Of a stretch of DNA of 64,000 nt, positions 10,613 through 20,835 are shown one piece after another. Position numbers and translations under genes: made by a program. The DNA comes from a virus (lineage: Duplodnaviria; Heunggongvirae; Uroviricota; Caudoviricetes). Each line of letters starts with the position of its first letter. Positions within the stretch are counted from its first letter, which is position 1. Where the stretch lies: IMG/VR virus record IMGVR_UViG_2703718819_000007. The stretch is one strand, 5' to 3'. Under the pieces are notes generated by a model, which made no database searches, had not been told where the DNA came from, and saw nothing but the letters and a program-made list of their open reading frames with translations.

Positions 10613-13600
10613 ATGGCCTATTCAGAGGAACAGCGTCCTGAGGCGCAACTCGGTAACCAGAATCGTAACAGCCTGAACATTCAGCAACCCGGCGAAACTG
10701 ACAGCTATGAAGCATTTTTCTCTGATCCGAATCGCTGGAAGGATAACAGTACGTCGTTCAGCCTGGGCGATGTATTGCCAACAATGGGTAAAGGTTTCGC
10801 CCAGTCCGTCCGGGGAACAGGGGAAATGGCCCGTGGACTCGGTGATGCGATGATTCAGAGCCCGGTAAAAACAGGGGCGCGTATTTTAAATGAGTTCAGC
10901 CGTATGGGGCTGCCGGGTGTCGCAACTGTGCAGGATATTTTTGCCGGTGGCAGCAGGGGGGCTGATGAGGTCATCGATACCCTGCCTGATGGCAAAAACG
11001 CGGTTACTGATACTGTCGGTAAAGGTCTGAAGGCAACCGGTAAGGCTGTCAGTGATGGTGCTGAAGCCACTGATGAATGGCTGACCGGTAAGATGTCGCC
11101 GGGTGCAGTTCGTGCGCTGAATACGCCGATGACCGAAGGCTATGATGATTCTGCGGTCTGGGTGGCGAAGGGTGTAAACCTGATTGGTGCGCTTGTACCT
11201 GATATGGTTGCTGGCGGTGTGGCTAAAAAGGTGGGTGATGTCACACTGCGAAAAATGCTGACCGCCGGGCTGGAGAAAAAATACATCGCGGCAGGGATGC
11301 AGCCGGAAAGAGCCACGGCACTGGCAGCAGAAGCTGTCGATAAAAAAATGCCGGATTTATTCCAGGCGGGCCTGATCACCCATTCCACAGCCAGTGCACA
11401 GGGGCAGAGTGCAATGGCGGCAGCAGATGCTGTTCTTAATGCGGATTACTCTGAGCTGGCGCAGTCACCGAAATTTCAGCAGACGTTTTTGTCCATTGAC
11501 GCCGACCCGCAGCACGCACAGCTTACTGATCGCCAGAAAATGGATCTGGCAAAAGAGCGTGTTGCCGATGAGGTGCGCGCGCAGCTGGCAACCGATCCTG
11601 AATTGCTGGCTGTGAATGCCATGGCGGCAAAACTGGGTGACGCACAACTGTTTAATCTGGTGACACGAGGCACAGCGAAGACCGTTAAAAGCGGCATTGT
11701 CAGAAATGCCACGGAACAGGGGGCGATTAATGCGGCGCAGGGCGGCTATTCACGCTATCAGGAAAACACGGCATTGCGTGAGACCGCCGGAATGGATGTG
11801 TCACCGTGGGAGGGCGTGGCTGACGCAACGATCGAAGGTGCAGCCTTTGGTGCTGCGATGGGGGCTCCATCCGGTGCGGTTGCCGGATATCGTGGCAGAC
11901 GTCAGGCCGCAGAAGAAGCAGCCATGCGTGATGCTGAAACCGTGCAGCAGGACGACGCAGCCCCGCAACCAGAATCTGTTGATCCGGTGGCGCAGCATCG
12001 TGAATCCATGCAGGGGATGAATCGCGAGCAGCTTCTGGAGCAGTATGCTGATGCGGATATGGCAACAGAGGGGGACGCATCCGCAGCTCATCGCCGGGAA
12101 GCTGCCAGCCAGTTGTTGAATGAACTGGACGAACAGGCGAAGCGACAGGCTGTGATGAATGAGCTGAAGGCGAAGCCGCGTTCTGAACTGCTTGAGGAAT
12201 ACCGCAGACTCAGCCAGAAAGAGGAGCGCACCGAGACTGAAGAACAACAGTTTCAGGCAATACGAGAAGTCATTCGCCCACAACAGGAAGTGACGCCGGA
12301 AGCACAGTCACAGCCTGAAAATGCGGAGGATGGTAACGGGAGCATTTACCCGACGGTGCGGTTCCGGGACCCGAATGAAGTCCGCATTGAAATTAACGGG
12401 AATGGTGCGTCCAGACCAGCGGAACGCATTGAAAAGGTGCGCCCGGACAACCGTTATTTCACGGATGAGAAAAGCGCCATGGGGAGTGATGTTTTCCGTA
12501 ATGCCGCCGCCACCGGCCTGAAACCGTCCGTAGTGAAGAAAGGCGAGACTCAATATGCTGTTGAAATGGATAATCCTGCGTTCTCTGAAGATGTGGCAAC
12601 GGAAACCATTAACACCCTGGCTGACGGAGAGCGTATTGCTGATGCTGACCCGATGGAGCAGCCCGCGTTCATGCGTGACCCACGATTCCGTGGTTTCACG
12701 GGGGATGATACGGAGGTACAGGCCCGCCTTGCCCGTGGCAACGTGCCGACGGCAGAGGAGCTTGTACGTTCACAGATGGCTGAAGGTGATGCCGGTCCGA
12801 CAGCACAGGAGTTAACTGAGCGTCCACGCCTGCCCGCTCCCGGCGATATTCATCCCGGACAGGGATATCCGTTACCGGGAGAGGTGGCGCGTACGCCGGA
12901 TGAGAATCAGGCAGGACGTGGTGGTCGTTTTACCACAACCGGTGAGGTTAAGGGCCAGAGTTTCCAGAAAGGACAAGCTCTGGCACCGGAAAACGCCGCT
13001 GGTCGCCAGGGGGAAACACTCGAGGGTGAAATGGTTCGTCGTGGTCTGCCGTCACCGGATGCGCAGAACGCGACAGCACCGGTACGTGAAGGGCTACCGG
13101 CTCCGGACATTACACACAATGTCCGTATGCCTCAGCCTGATCAGCTTCCCCGAACTGTTCGTAACTCATTGCCTGAGCTCGCACAGCAGGCAGAAGTACG
13201 TCGACAGGCCGGAGGAAATCGTGACATCCCGCAGCCTGAGACAATCGCACCTGAATCTGAAACAACAGTCGCTACTGACAGGGAAGCTACCGTGCGCGGA
13301 GGTGAAGTCAGGGGCAAAAAAATTGAAGACTTTGGTGAAGAAATTAAGGGCGCGGCAAAACACCGTTATGCACAGCTTGCTGAAACACTGGGTAAAACGC
13401 TGGAAGACAGGGATTATGTCACGCAACCGCTGAGCAAACTGTTCCCGAAACCGGACTACGCAAAACTGGCGAGCGAAGGGGCTGATGCTGACACCCTGGC
13501 AATGATAGCGCTGTATCGTAGCGATATTCCGGTGAAGACGAAACACAATACGGCAGGCTGGGGGGAGAGCGTAAAAAAAGTACGACACAGTGTATCGGAA

Positions 13601-16600
13601 ATGCTGAACGGAACGGTCAGCGCGAAACGCCTCGCAGAATGGATGGAAGGCAGAATGCCCTCCCGTTACGCGGACACCTGGCAACTGTTACGCACTCTGC
13701 CACCCTCACAGATGGACAAGGCTTCTGCTTATCGGGTGGTATCGGGTGTGTATCAGGCGGCAGGAGGGAAGCGTTACGATCCGCCACAGAAACTTTATTC
13801 ACTGCGCAATAAGGACAATAAGGGGAGTAACCTCTTTTTCTCGGAAAGCAGGGATGAATTACTGGCAAAGGCGAAAGTCTGGTTTGCAGAGCAGGAGGAA
13901 AAATCACAGGCGAAAGGTGATGAAAAAACAGCACCGTCTCCGGATGACAAAATCCGCTTTGACGTTTACCGGAATACCCGCAGTGGCGATATTTTTATCG
14001 CTTACGGTAAAAACAAAATGCGGGTGAGAGGTGGCTTTAAGTCAGCCAGTGATGCGCGTAAGTACATTGATTTACATCGTGATGAGCTTGTTCGTCATGT
14101 GAAGGAGATGCGGGAGATTTCGCGTGAGGAGCAGCGCAACGCCACCAACCGCGACCGTACCGGACCAGAACGCCGCAAGGGGGATGTTTCACCGGAGCAG
14201 TTCAGTGATGCGTTTGGTTTTCGTGGTGTGCAGTTTGGTAATTATGTGGAAAGTCCGCGTCGTCAGGCTGATTTGAACCGGGCTTATGACTCGCTGCATG
14301 ACCTGGCTGACGTGCTGAATGTACCGACAAAAGCGCTTTCTCTGAACGGTCGTCTTGGGCTTGCTTTTGGTGCCCGTGGTAAGGGTAAGGCGGCGGCACA
14401 CTATGAGTCAGGTGAGGTGGCAATCAACCTGACAAAAGGTAACGGACCGGGTGCGCTGGCGCACGAATGGTTCCATTCTCTGGATAATTATTTTGGTCGT
14501 TATGACGTTTCCAGTGACGGGAAAATTACGTCAGGTGGCGACTTTATGACGGAAGCACAGCGTGTCAGGCGCATATTTAAAGACGGCAGGTATGTTGATG
14601 CTGAATATCCGGTACGTCAGGAGGTTTACGACGCTTTTAAAGGTGTGATTCAGGCCATTAAAAACAGTGACATGCCGCGTCGTTCAGCGCTTCTTGATGA
14701 GGTGCGCTCAAAACCGTACTGGTCAACGGATGTTGAAATGGCGGCACGTGCCTTTGAGCGTTATGTTCAGGATAAGGCGCGTATGGCTGGCGTGGAGAAT
14801 GATTATCTGGTCAATATCCGTAAGGCACCTGAGCACAACACAGATAACACCTACGCTTATCCGACGAATGCGGAACTGGATGGCGGTATTCGTGAGGCAT
14901 TCGATCACCTGTTCCGCACCCTGAAAACCCGTGAGACGGACAAGGGCGTTGCGTTTTATTCCCGTAAGGGCATGACCCGCACACCTGAAGGTAATCTCAT
15001 TTCGGATGTTAACCGTAGTGCGGAAGCCAAAGGCAGCCCGGTCCCGCAGGTTGAAGCGGTTGCCCGTGGCGTGATGAGCGGCATTAAGGACAGTGACCTG
15101 ACGGTCCGTGTGGTGAAGTCACAGAAAGAGGCTGAAGCGCTGGCGGGTGAATCGTTCGACGGTTACGGCAGGGTGCACGCATTCTATCGTCCGGATAAAC
15201 GAGAAATTGTCCTGGTGGCGGATAACATCCCTGACGGGCAGACCGTACGCGAGAAGTTGCGTCACGAGATTATCCACCATGCCATGGAGCATGTTGTCAC
15301 GCCAGCGGAATATCAGACGATTATCAAAACCGTGCTGAAAACCCGCGACAGTGATAACGCCACCATCCGTGAAGCCTGGCGTAAGGTTGATGCGTCCTAT
15401 GGTAAGGAATCACCGGAAGTACAGGCGGGTGAATTTCTGGCACATATGGCGGAGAAACAGCCGAATAAATTCGTGGCGGCATGGGAGCGTGTTGTTGCCC
15501 TGGTCAAAGGGGTACTGCGTCGTACGGGGTTACTGAAGCCGACGGAACTGAACGATATCAGACTTGTTCGCGAGACCATCCGTACGTTAGGCCAGCGTGT
15601 GCGGGAAGGTTACACGCCGCGTGAGGATGGCGTGGGCGCATCGTCTCAGTACTCCCGTAGTGGTAAGCCTGATCCGTTCAAAGTGCCGGAAGGTGAGGGT
15701 GAACGTTATCGCGATGACCTTGCCAGAATGATGAAATCTCTGCGTACCACAGATTTAACGGTAAACATCGGGCGTACGCCGCCGGTATTGCGTCACCTTG
15801 GTGCACCGGATTTGCCGCTGGTTATTTCCCGCGATACTGTGCGGAAGGCCACCAATGGTGTGAAACATGTGGTGCCGATGGATGTTATCGAGAGACTACC
15901 GGAACTGATGCACGATCCGGATGCAATTTACCGCTCAGCGACAGAAAGAAATGCGGTTGTGATGCTGCTTGATGCCGTGGATAAAAATGGTGATCCGGTA
16001 GTGTCTGCGGTGCATATGAAGGCAACCCAAAAACTTCTGGAAGTTAACCGTATTGCTTCTGTTTACGGAACGGAAAACGGGAAAAAACTGAAGAGTATGG
16101 AAACGGCTGGCTTAACATTATACAGGAGAGAAAAACTAAACCCTGATGGTTCTCTGTACAGAGGGCTCCAATTGCCCAAAGATGAGCACTCCCGTCAGGG
16201 TTCTGCGGATAAAATACTCTATCCTGAAGATATTCGCAAGGGGCCGTATTACTCCCGTACCAGCAGTCTGACACCGGAAGAGACAATTGCATCGCGTTTT
16301 GTGCGCCAGATGCAGGATAAATTCCAGGTGCTGAAAGCTGTTCAGGAGAATATCCGTAAAACTGGTGGAAAAATAGACGACAGTAACAACGCTTATATGG
16401 CGGAAGAACTCTTCCACGGGAAGGCGGAAAACGACCTGAACGTGATGAAGGAGCGCTACGTTCAGCCACTGGCTAAATTACTGGCGGACTACAAAATTGC
16501 GCAGGCCGATCTGGATGAGTACCTCTACGCCCGTCACGCGCCGGAACGTAACGCGCATATCGCGAAAATCAACCCGAAAATGCCGGACGGCGGTTCGGGG

Positions 16601-18994
16601 ATGACCAACGCGGAGGCGGCGGAAATCATGCAGCGTGTACGTAACAGCGGCAAACAGGCACAGTATGACCGTCTGGCAGGGATTGTTGACGATATGCTGG
16701 CCCGTCGCCGTGAGCTTATCCGTGAGGCAGGACTGGAAGAGAGCGGCGTGGTGGATGCCTGGCAGAAAGCCTACCGTTACTACGTTCCCCTGAAAGGGCA
16801 GGATGTTGACGGTGTGGTGTCACTGCCACGTACAGGCAAGGGATTCACCATCGGCGGGCGTGAAAGTAAGCAGGCCATGGGGCGCGCATCCCGCGCACAG
16901 TCTCCTTCCACTCAGGCGATACAGGATTTGAGCGAATCACTGATCCGCAATCGCAAAAATGAAGTGGGTAACGCCTTCCTGAAACTGGTACAGGATAATC
17001 CCGACAAGGATTACTGGCAGGTATTCACCGATGACAGACCGGATACCATGCGGACGATTGCAGAGCGCAAGGACAAGGAAACTGGTGAAACCATTCGCGA
17101 AGTTGTCGAACGCCCTGTACCGATGGCAATGATGGCAGACCGGTACTTCACCACCAAAAAGAACGGCAAAACGTACTACATCAAACTCCATGATCCGCGC
17201 CTGATGCGTGCGATGAAGAATATGGGACCGGAAACCAGTAACGCCGTAATCCGCACGCTGGGGAAAGTTAACCGCTTCCTGGCAACGGTGAACACGTCGT
17301 ATAACCCGGAATTCCTGGTCAGTAACTTCATCCGTGACGTACAGACGGCGGTGATGAACCTGAAGGCGGAGCAGGGAAGGAGCGACGGCAAACTGAAAGG
17401 GCTGGATAACTTATCCGCACTGGCTGTGGTGAAAGACAGTCGGTCTGCCATGTCTGCCGTATACGCCAGTCTGCGTGGTAAAACCCTCACGGGCAACGGT
17501 GCGCAGTGGCAGAAGGTGTGGAAAGAGTTTGTTGAGGACGGAGGTAAAACCGGCTGGTTTAACATGGGTGACCTTGAAGGCCAGCAGAAGGAAATGGATC
17601 GCCTTGTATCGCTGGCGAAGGGAGGATGGAAAGGCCAGAGTATCGGTGCATGGAATTCGTTCCTTAACCTTGTCGAGGATGCCAACGGGGCGGTTGAAAA
17701 CGCTCTGCGTCTTTCTGCCTATAAACACGCCCGTGATGCCGGTTTGTCACGCCAGCAGGCGGCGTCTCTTGCCAAAAACATGACGGTGAACTTTAACCGT
17801 CGTGGTGAGCAGGGGGCGCTGATGAACTCGCTGTACATGTTCGCCAACGCCAGTATTCAGGGAACGGCAAATCTGGTGAGAACGCTCGGACATCTTAATG
17901 GTGAGGGACCTTTACTGGAGCGCCTTCGCTGGAAGAATCTGAATGTTCCGCAGAAAATCGCGCTTGCCGCTGTGGGAGCGGGTTATCTGCTTGGCTCGCT
18001 TAACCGCAGCGTGGCGGGTGAGGATGATGACGGGGTTAACTGGTATGACAAAGTACCGTCTCATGTGAAAGAGCGTAACCTCGTCATTATGAAATCGGTG
18101 TTCGGGGGCAAGGCCGGAGAGTACTGGAGTATTCCTCTGCCTTACGGGTACAACGTTTTCTTCCTGCTTGGTCACACAGCCGAAGGGGTGGCAGCGGGCG
18201 ACCTGACCGCTTCACGTGCTGCCGGTAATGTTGTTGGTGGTGTGCTTGGGGCATTCAGTCCTGTGGGCAGTGAAACGTCGGAAACACTGTCCGGGGCATT
18301 GCTGAAAAATGCAGCGCCGACCATTCTGCGTCCGTTTGCGAACCTTGCCATGAATGAAAACTTCATGGGGGCGCAGATTTACCAGGAGAACATGCCGTTT
18401 GGTACACCAAAACCTGACAGCCAGCTGGGAAGACGTTCAACGCCAGAAGCGTACAAGGCGTTTGCATCCTGGCTGAATGCGTTCTCAGGTGGCAGCCAGT
18501 ACCGTCCCGGCGCGGTGGATATCACACCGGAATCGCTGAAATTCTGGATTGACTATATCTCCGGAGGGACAGGGCGCTTCATTTCCAAAACCACGGATGC
18601 GGCGGTGAAATCGCTGAATGGTATTGATATACCGGAACAGCAGGTGCCCTTCCTGGGGAAAATTTCGGGGGAGGTGATGCCGTATGCAGACCAGCAGAAG
18701 ATGTACGACCGGATGACAGAGATTGCGCAGTATCACGCAGAGCTGAAGAGTCTGACCGGTGCAGAAAGAACGGCGTTCATTGACGAGAACAACGGAAAAT
18801 TGTCGATGAACGGGCTTATGCAGGATACCCGGAAGAGACTGAAGGATTTGCGTAAACAGCGTGATGCCATTTATGCCGACAGTTCTCTCAGTCTGGCGCA
18901 GCAGGCGGCGATAGTGAAATCGGTAGAGCGGGATATGAAGGTTGCCGTGGATCGCTTTAACCGCGAGTACAACAAAAAAGTGGGAGTGGATTAA
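10613..18994 (+). CDS. Giant 2793-aa phage protein with two HExxH (zincin-like) motifs; candidate multi-domain polyvalent virion/ejection protein
   Basis: Single uninterrupted ORF; GGAG RBS 5 nt upstream of ATG 10613; HEWFH and HEIIHH motifs. Confidence 0.8.
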   Translation: MAYSEEQRPEAQLGNQNRNSLNIQQPGETDSYEAFFSDPNRWKDNSTSFSLGDVLPTMGKGFAQSVRGTGEMARGLGDAMIQSPVKTGARILNEFSRMGLPGVATVQDIFAGGSRGADEVIDTLPDGKNAVTDTVGKGLKATGKAVSDGAEATDEWLTGKMSPGAVRALNTPMTEGYDDSAVWVAKGVNLIGALVPDMVAGGVAKKVGDVTLRKMLTAGLEKKYIAAGMQPERATALAAEAVDKKMPDLFQAGLITHSTASAQGQSAMAAADAVLNADYSELAQSPKFQQTFLSIDADPQHAQLTDRQKMDLAKERVADEVRAQLATDPELLAVNAMAAKLGDAQLFNLVTRGTAKTVKSGIVRNATEQGAINAAQGGYSRYQENTALRETAGMDVSPWEGVADATIEGAAFGAAMGAPSGAVAGYRGRRQAAEEAAMRDAETVQQDDAAPQPESVDPVAQHRESMQGMNREQLLEQYADADMATEGDASAAHRREAASQLLNELDEQAKRQAVMNELKAKPRSELLEEYRRLSQKEERTETEEQQFQAIREVIRPQQEVTPEAQSQPENAEDGNGSIYPTVRFRDPNEVRIEINGNGASRPAERIEKVRPDNRYFTDEKSAMGSDVFRNAAATGLKPSVVKKGETQYAVEMDNPAFSEDVATETINTLADGERIADADPMEQPAFMRDPRFRGFTGDDTEVQARLARGNVPTAEELVRSQMAEGDAGPTAQELTERPRLPAPGDIHPGQGYPLPGEVARTPDENQAGRGGRFTTTGEVKGQSFQKGQALAPENAAGRQGETLEGEMVRRGLPSPDAQNATAPVREGLPAPDITHNVRMPQPDQLPRTVRNSLPELAQQAEVRRQAGGNRDIPQPETIAPESETTVATDREATVRGGEVRGKKIEDFGEEIKGAAKHRYAQLAETLGKTLEDRDYVTQPLSKLFPKPDYAKLASEGADADTLAMIALYRSDIPVKTKHNTAGWGESVKKVRHSVSEMLNGTVSAKRLAEWMEGRMPSRYADTWQLLRTLPPSQMDKASAYRVVSGVYQAAGGKRYDPPQKLYSLRNKDNKGSNLFFSESRDELLAKAKVWFAEQEEKSQAKGDEKTAPSPDDKIRFDVYRNTRSGDIFIAYGKNKMRVRGGFKSASDARKYIDLHRDELVRHVKEMREISREEQRNATNRDRTGPERRKGDVSPEQFSDAFGFRGVQFGNYVESPRRQADLNRAYDSLHDLADVLNVPTKALSLNGRLGLAFGARGKGKAAAHYESGEVAINLTKGNGPGALAHEWFHSLDNYFGRYDVSSDGKITSGGDFMTEAQRVRRIFKDGRYVDAEYPVRQEVYDAFKGVIQAIKNSDMPRRSALLDEVRSKPYWSTDVEMAARAFERYVQDKARMAGVENDYLVNIRKAPEHNTDNTYAYPTNAELDGGIREAFDHLFRTLKTRETDKGVAFYSRKGMTRTPEGNLISDVNRSAEAKGSPVPQVEAVARGVMSGIKDSDLTVRVVKSQKEAEALAGESFDGYGRVHAFYRPDKREIVLVADNIPDGQTVREKLRHEIIHHAMEHVVTPAEYQTIIKTVLKTRDSDNATIREAWRKVDASYGKESPEVQAGEFLAHMAEKQPNKFVAAWERVVALVKGVLRRTGLLKPTELNDIRLVRETIRTLGQRVREGYTPREDGVGASSQYSRSGKPDPFKVPEGEGERYRDDLARMMKSLRTTDLTVNIGRTPPVLRHLGAPDLPLVISRDTVRKATNGVKHVVPMDVIERLPELMHDPDAIYRSATERNAVVMLLDAVDKNGDPVVSAVHMKATQKLLEVNRIASVYGTENGKKLKSMETAGLTLYRREKLNPDGSLYRGLQLPKDEHSRQGSADKILYPEDIRKGPYYSRTSSLTPEETIASRFVRQMQDKFQVLKAVQENIRKTGGKIDDSNNAYMAEELFHGKAENDLNVMKERYVQPLAKLLADYKIAQADLDEYLYARHAPERNAHIAKINPKMPDGGSGMTNAEAAEIMQRVRNSGKQAQYDRLAGIVDDMLARRRELIREAGLEESGVVDAWQKAYRYYVPLKGQDVDGVVSLPRTGKGFTIGGRESKQAMGRASRAQSPSTQAIQDLSESLIRNRKNEVGNAFLKLVQDNPDKDYWQVFTDDRPDTMRTIAERKDKETGETIREVVERPVPMAMMADRYFTTKKNGKTYYIKLHDPRLMRAMKNMGPETSNAVIRTLGKVNRFLATVNTSYNPEFLVSNFIRDVQTAVMNLKAEQGRSDGKLKGLDNLSALAVVKDSRSAMSAVYASLRGKTLTGNGAQWQKVWKEFVEDGGKTGWFNMGDLEGQQKEMDRLVSLAKGGWKGQSIGAWNSFLNLVEDANGAVENALRLSAYKHARDAGLSRQQAASLAKNMTVNFNRRGEQGALMNSLYMFANASIQGTANLVRTLGHLNGEGPLLERLRWKNLNVPQKIALAAVGAGYLLGSLNRSVAGEDDDGVNWYDKVPSHVKERNLVIMKSVFGGKAGEYWSIPLPYGYNVFFLLGHTAEGVAAGDLTASRAAGNVVGGVLGAFSPVGSETSETLSGALLKNAAPTILRPFANLAMNENFMGAQIYQENMPFGTPKPDSQLGRRSTPEAYKAFASWLNAFSGGSQYRPGAVDITPESLKFWIDYISGGTGRFISKTTDAAVKSLNGIDIPEQQVPFLGKISGEVMPYADQQKMYDRMTEIAQYHAELKSLTGAERTAFIDENNGKLSMNGLMQDTRKRLKDLRKQRDAIYADSSLSLAQQAAIVKSVERDMKVAVDRFNREYNKKVGVD

Positions 18995-19002
18995 CAGAAA
19001 TG

Positions 19003-19024
19003 GCCCCGTACGGAAGTGCGGGGC
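19003..19024. terminator. Hairpin at the convergent junction between late operon and leftward accessory genes
   Basis: gccccg-N10-cggggc inverted repeat between the two converging gene blocks; no strong T-run. Confidence 0.4.
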
Positions 19025-19117
19025 TGATTAAGGAATAAACACACATTAACCTGTAATAACCGGAGCTATTAACATATAGTCAGAAAGAGTATTTCATGTG
19101 AGACAGAGAGCCGATTT

Positions 19118-19309
19118 ATGTTTAATGAAGAAAAAGTTGCGCAAATGGCAGCGTATTTGCTGAAAAAGCATGGCGGATCTATGCGTTTCATTAAGCTGAT
19201 GAAGCTGATGTATCTCTCTGACCGCAAAGCAATGGAGTCTTTAACCGGGAAGGGGAGAGGTTTGAATGCTCCCCCACAATTCCCCGGCATCAAATCTCCA
19301 TGCAGGTGA
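19118..19309 (+). pseudogene. Truncated fragment resembling the N-terminus of a Panacea/DUF4065-type phage-associated protein
   Basis: MFNEEKVAQMAAYLLKKHGGSMRFIKLMKLMYLSDRKAMES then premature stop at ~63 aa. Confidence 0.3.
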
Positions 19310-19395
19310 ACTATTTTACCCCCAGCGGCAAATCGCAAAAACAATCAGTGCGATCGAAATGGCAGCCACTACAATTGCAAATGCTTCAGGCTAGG

Positions 19396-20322
19396 TCATT
19401 GGCTTACCTCCTTCGGCGGTTCTGGTAGCGGCATCCAGTGGGTTACTTCTTTGAGATGCAGGTCTTCGCCATCACCGTCATCCCAAGTGGGATTGCCATC
19501 ATTAAACCAGTCGCCATATACGCCGACCTGAGTGTTGGGGATGCTTGGTGGGTAGTTGTTTTTAAAGTCAGCTGCTAACACATAGTATTGTCGCTCTCCC
19601 ATTTCTGGCATTCGATCACTACAGCTTATCCAACCATCCGGAGTTACCGGAACTGGCGGAACGGCTGTTTGCTCTCGAACGTCATTAGTCGCTATCGGTT
19701 CTGCTGCCAACTGACTGGCATATTTGTTAATGGTAACGATAAGCTCTTGCTCAGCCTCATCCAGACAATCACCGATACCTCGCCTGTCACCGTCAAAATC
19801 ATCGAAATCGGCACGAATCTTGGCAACCTTCTGGATTGCGGACAACACCTCACTAGGAATTACCGGATAGTTGGTTGACGTTTCCGCGATTTCCCGAAAA
19901 TTATTGGTTGACGAATTCTTGTTTTCCCGAAAGTTTCCGGACTGAAGCATGGCGGCGCGGCAGGCATTCCAGCCTCTTACCTCTGCAATAGCGGCAACCG
20001 CATCAACCGCGTACATGCTAAGAGGATTAGGCATTGGTTTTTCTTCCGGTACTACTGGTGCTGGAGGGGCGGCGTAAATGCCCTCTATCACTAAATGTTT
20101 GCGCTCAAAATCATCTGGCTCTCGATGATATACGTAACTCCAATCACCAAGGTTATCATTGCGCCTGCAACGGAAACCTATCGGCTCGGCTTCCAGCGCT
20201 GCCAGAGCAATTCGTGCCAGTTCTTCCGCTTCTTCTGCTGGCAGTACAACGTTGCTACCAGGTCCGTATGTTTCGCGCCACTGCTTGATTGTCAGTAGTC
20301 GCTCTTTGGTAATAGTGATCAT
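19396..20322 (-). CDS. DUF551-like lambdoid prophage protein (308 aa)
   Basis: C-terminal W/D-rich motif (DGWISCSDRMPE...VTHWMPLPEPP) typical of DUF551 proteins. Confidence 0.55.
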   Translation of the reverse strand: MITITKERLLTIKQWRETYGPGSNVVLPAEEAEELARIALAALEAEPIGFRCRRNDNLGDWSYVYHREPDDFERKHLVIEGIYAAPPAPVVPEEKPMPNPLSMYAVDAVAAIAEVRGWNACRAAMLQSGNFRENKNSSTNNFREIAETSTNYPVIPSEVLSAIQKVAKIRADFDDFDGDRRGIGDCLDEAEQELIVTINKYASQLAAEPIATNDVREQTAVPPVPVTPDGWISCSDRMPEMGERQYYVLAADFKNNYPPSIPNTQVGVYGDWFNDGNPTWDDGDGEDLHLKEVTHWMPLPEPPKEVSQ

Positions 20323-20834
20323 GCCGCGTTTCCTTCTTTCTTATTAACAATTACACCGTCATATATTTCATTAAGGTGCCCTCTCAACTCCATGCGCCTT
20401 AATGCAGATAACATGTAATCGCATTCAACCTGCTTATTCCCAATAAAAGGTTTATCTTCAGGGTTACCCCAACAGCAATTCCCCTTGGGCCATCCATGTA
20501 CTTTCCGTACTCTTCCGTTAACAACGTGAAGTAATCCCCAGCCAGGTGGTAAATCCTCAATTGAAATAATTCCCGGCTCACTAATAAAGAATCGCCAGTC
20601 GCCCATTCCAAGAGACGGATTTTTACGAAAACGCTTTTTTCTATCTGCCAACAAGTCAGCACGAGAACATTTCGCCTCTATCAGGCATGATGCTGAATTT
20701 CTGAATCCCATAGCATCTGGCTGTTCTCCGGTACTGGTTACAGCTATAAAGCGGTCATGAAAACAAACCTTGAACCCGTTGCGCTTAAGGAACTTGTACG
20801 CAATCTGACAGAGTTCGCGGTGTGTTAACGCCAT
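20319..20834 (-). CDS. Hypothetical prophage protein
   Basis: ORF coupled to neighbours in leftward operon. Confidence 0.45.
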   Translation of the reverse strand: MALTHRELCQIAYKFLKRNGFKVCFHDRFIAVTSTGEQPDAMGFRNSASCLIEAKCSRADLLADRKKRFRKNPSLGMGDWRFFISEPGIISIEDLPPGWGLLHVVNGRVRKVHGWPKGNCCWGNPEDKPFIGNKQVECDYMLSALRRMELRGHLNEIYDGVIVNKKEGNAA

Positions 20835-20835
20835 A

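Noticed and set aside
10855-18736. Numerous 60-170 aa ORFs on both strands inside the giant gene
   Set aside because: All fall within a single long ORF that has a strong RBS; they are frame-shadow ORFs
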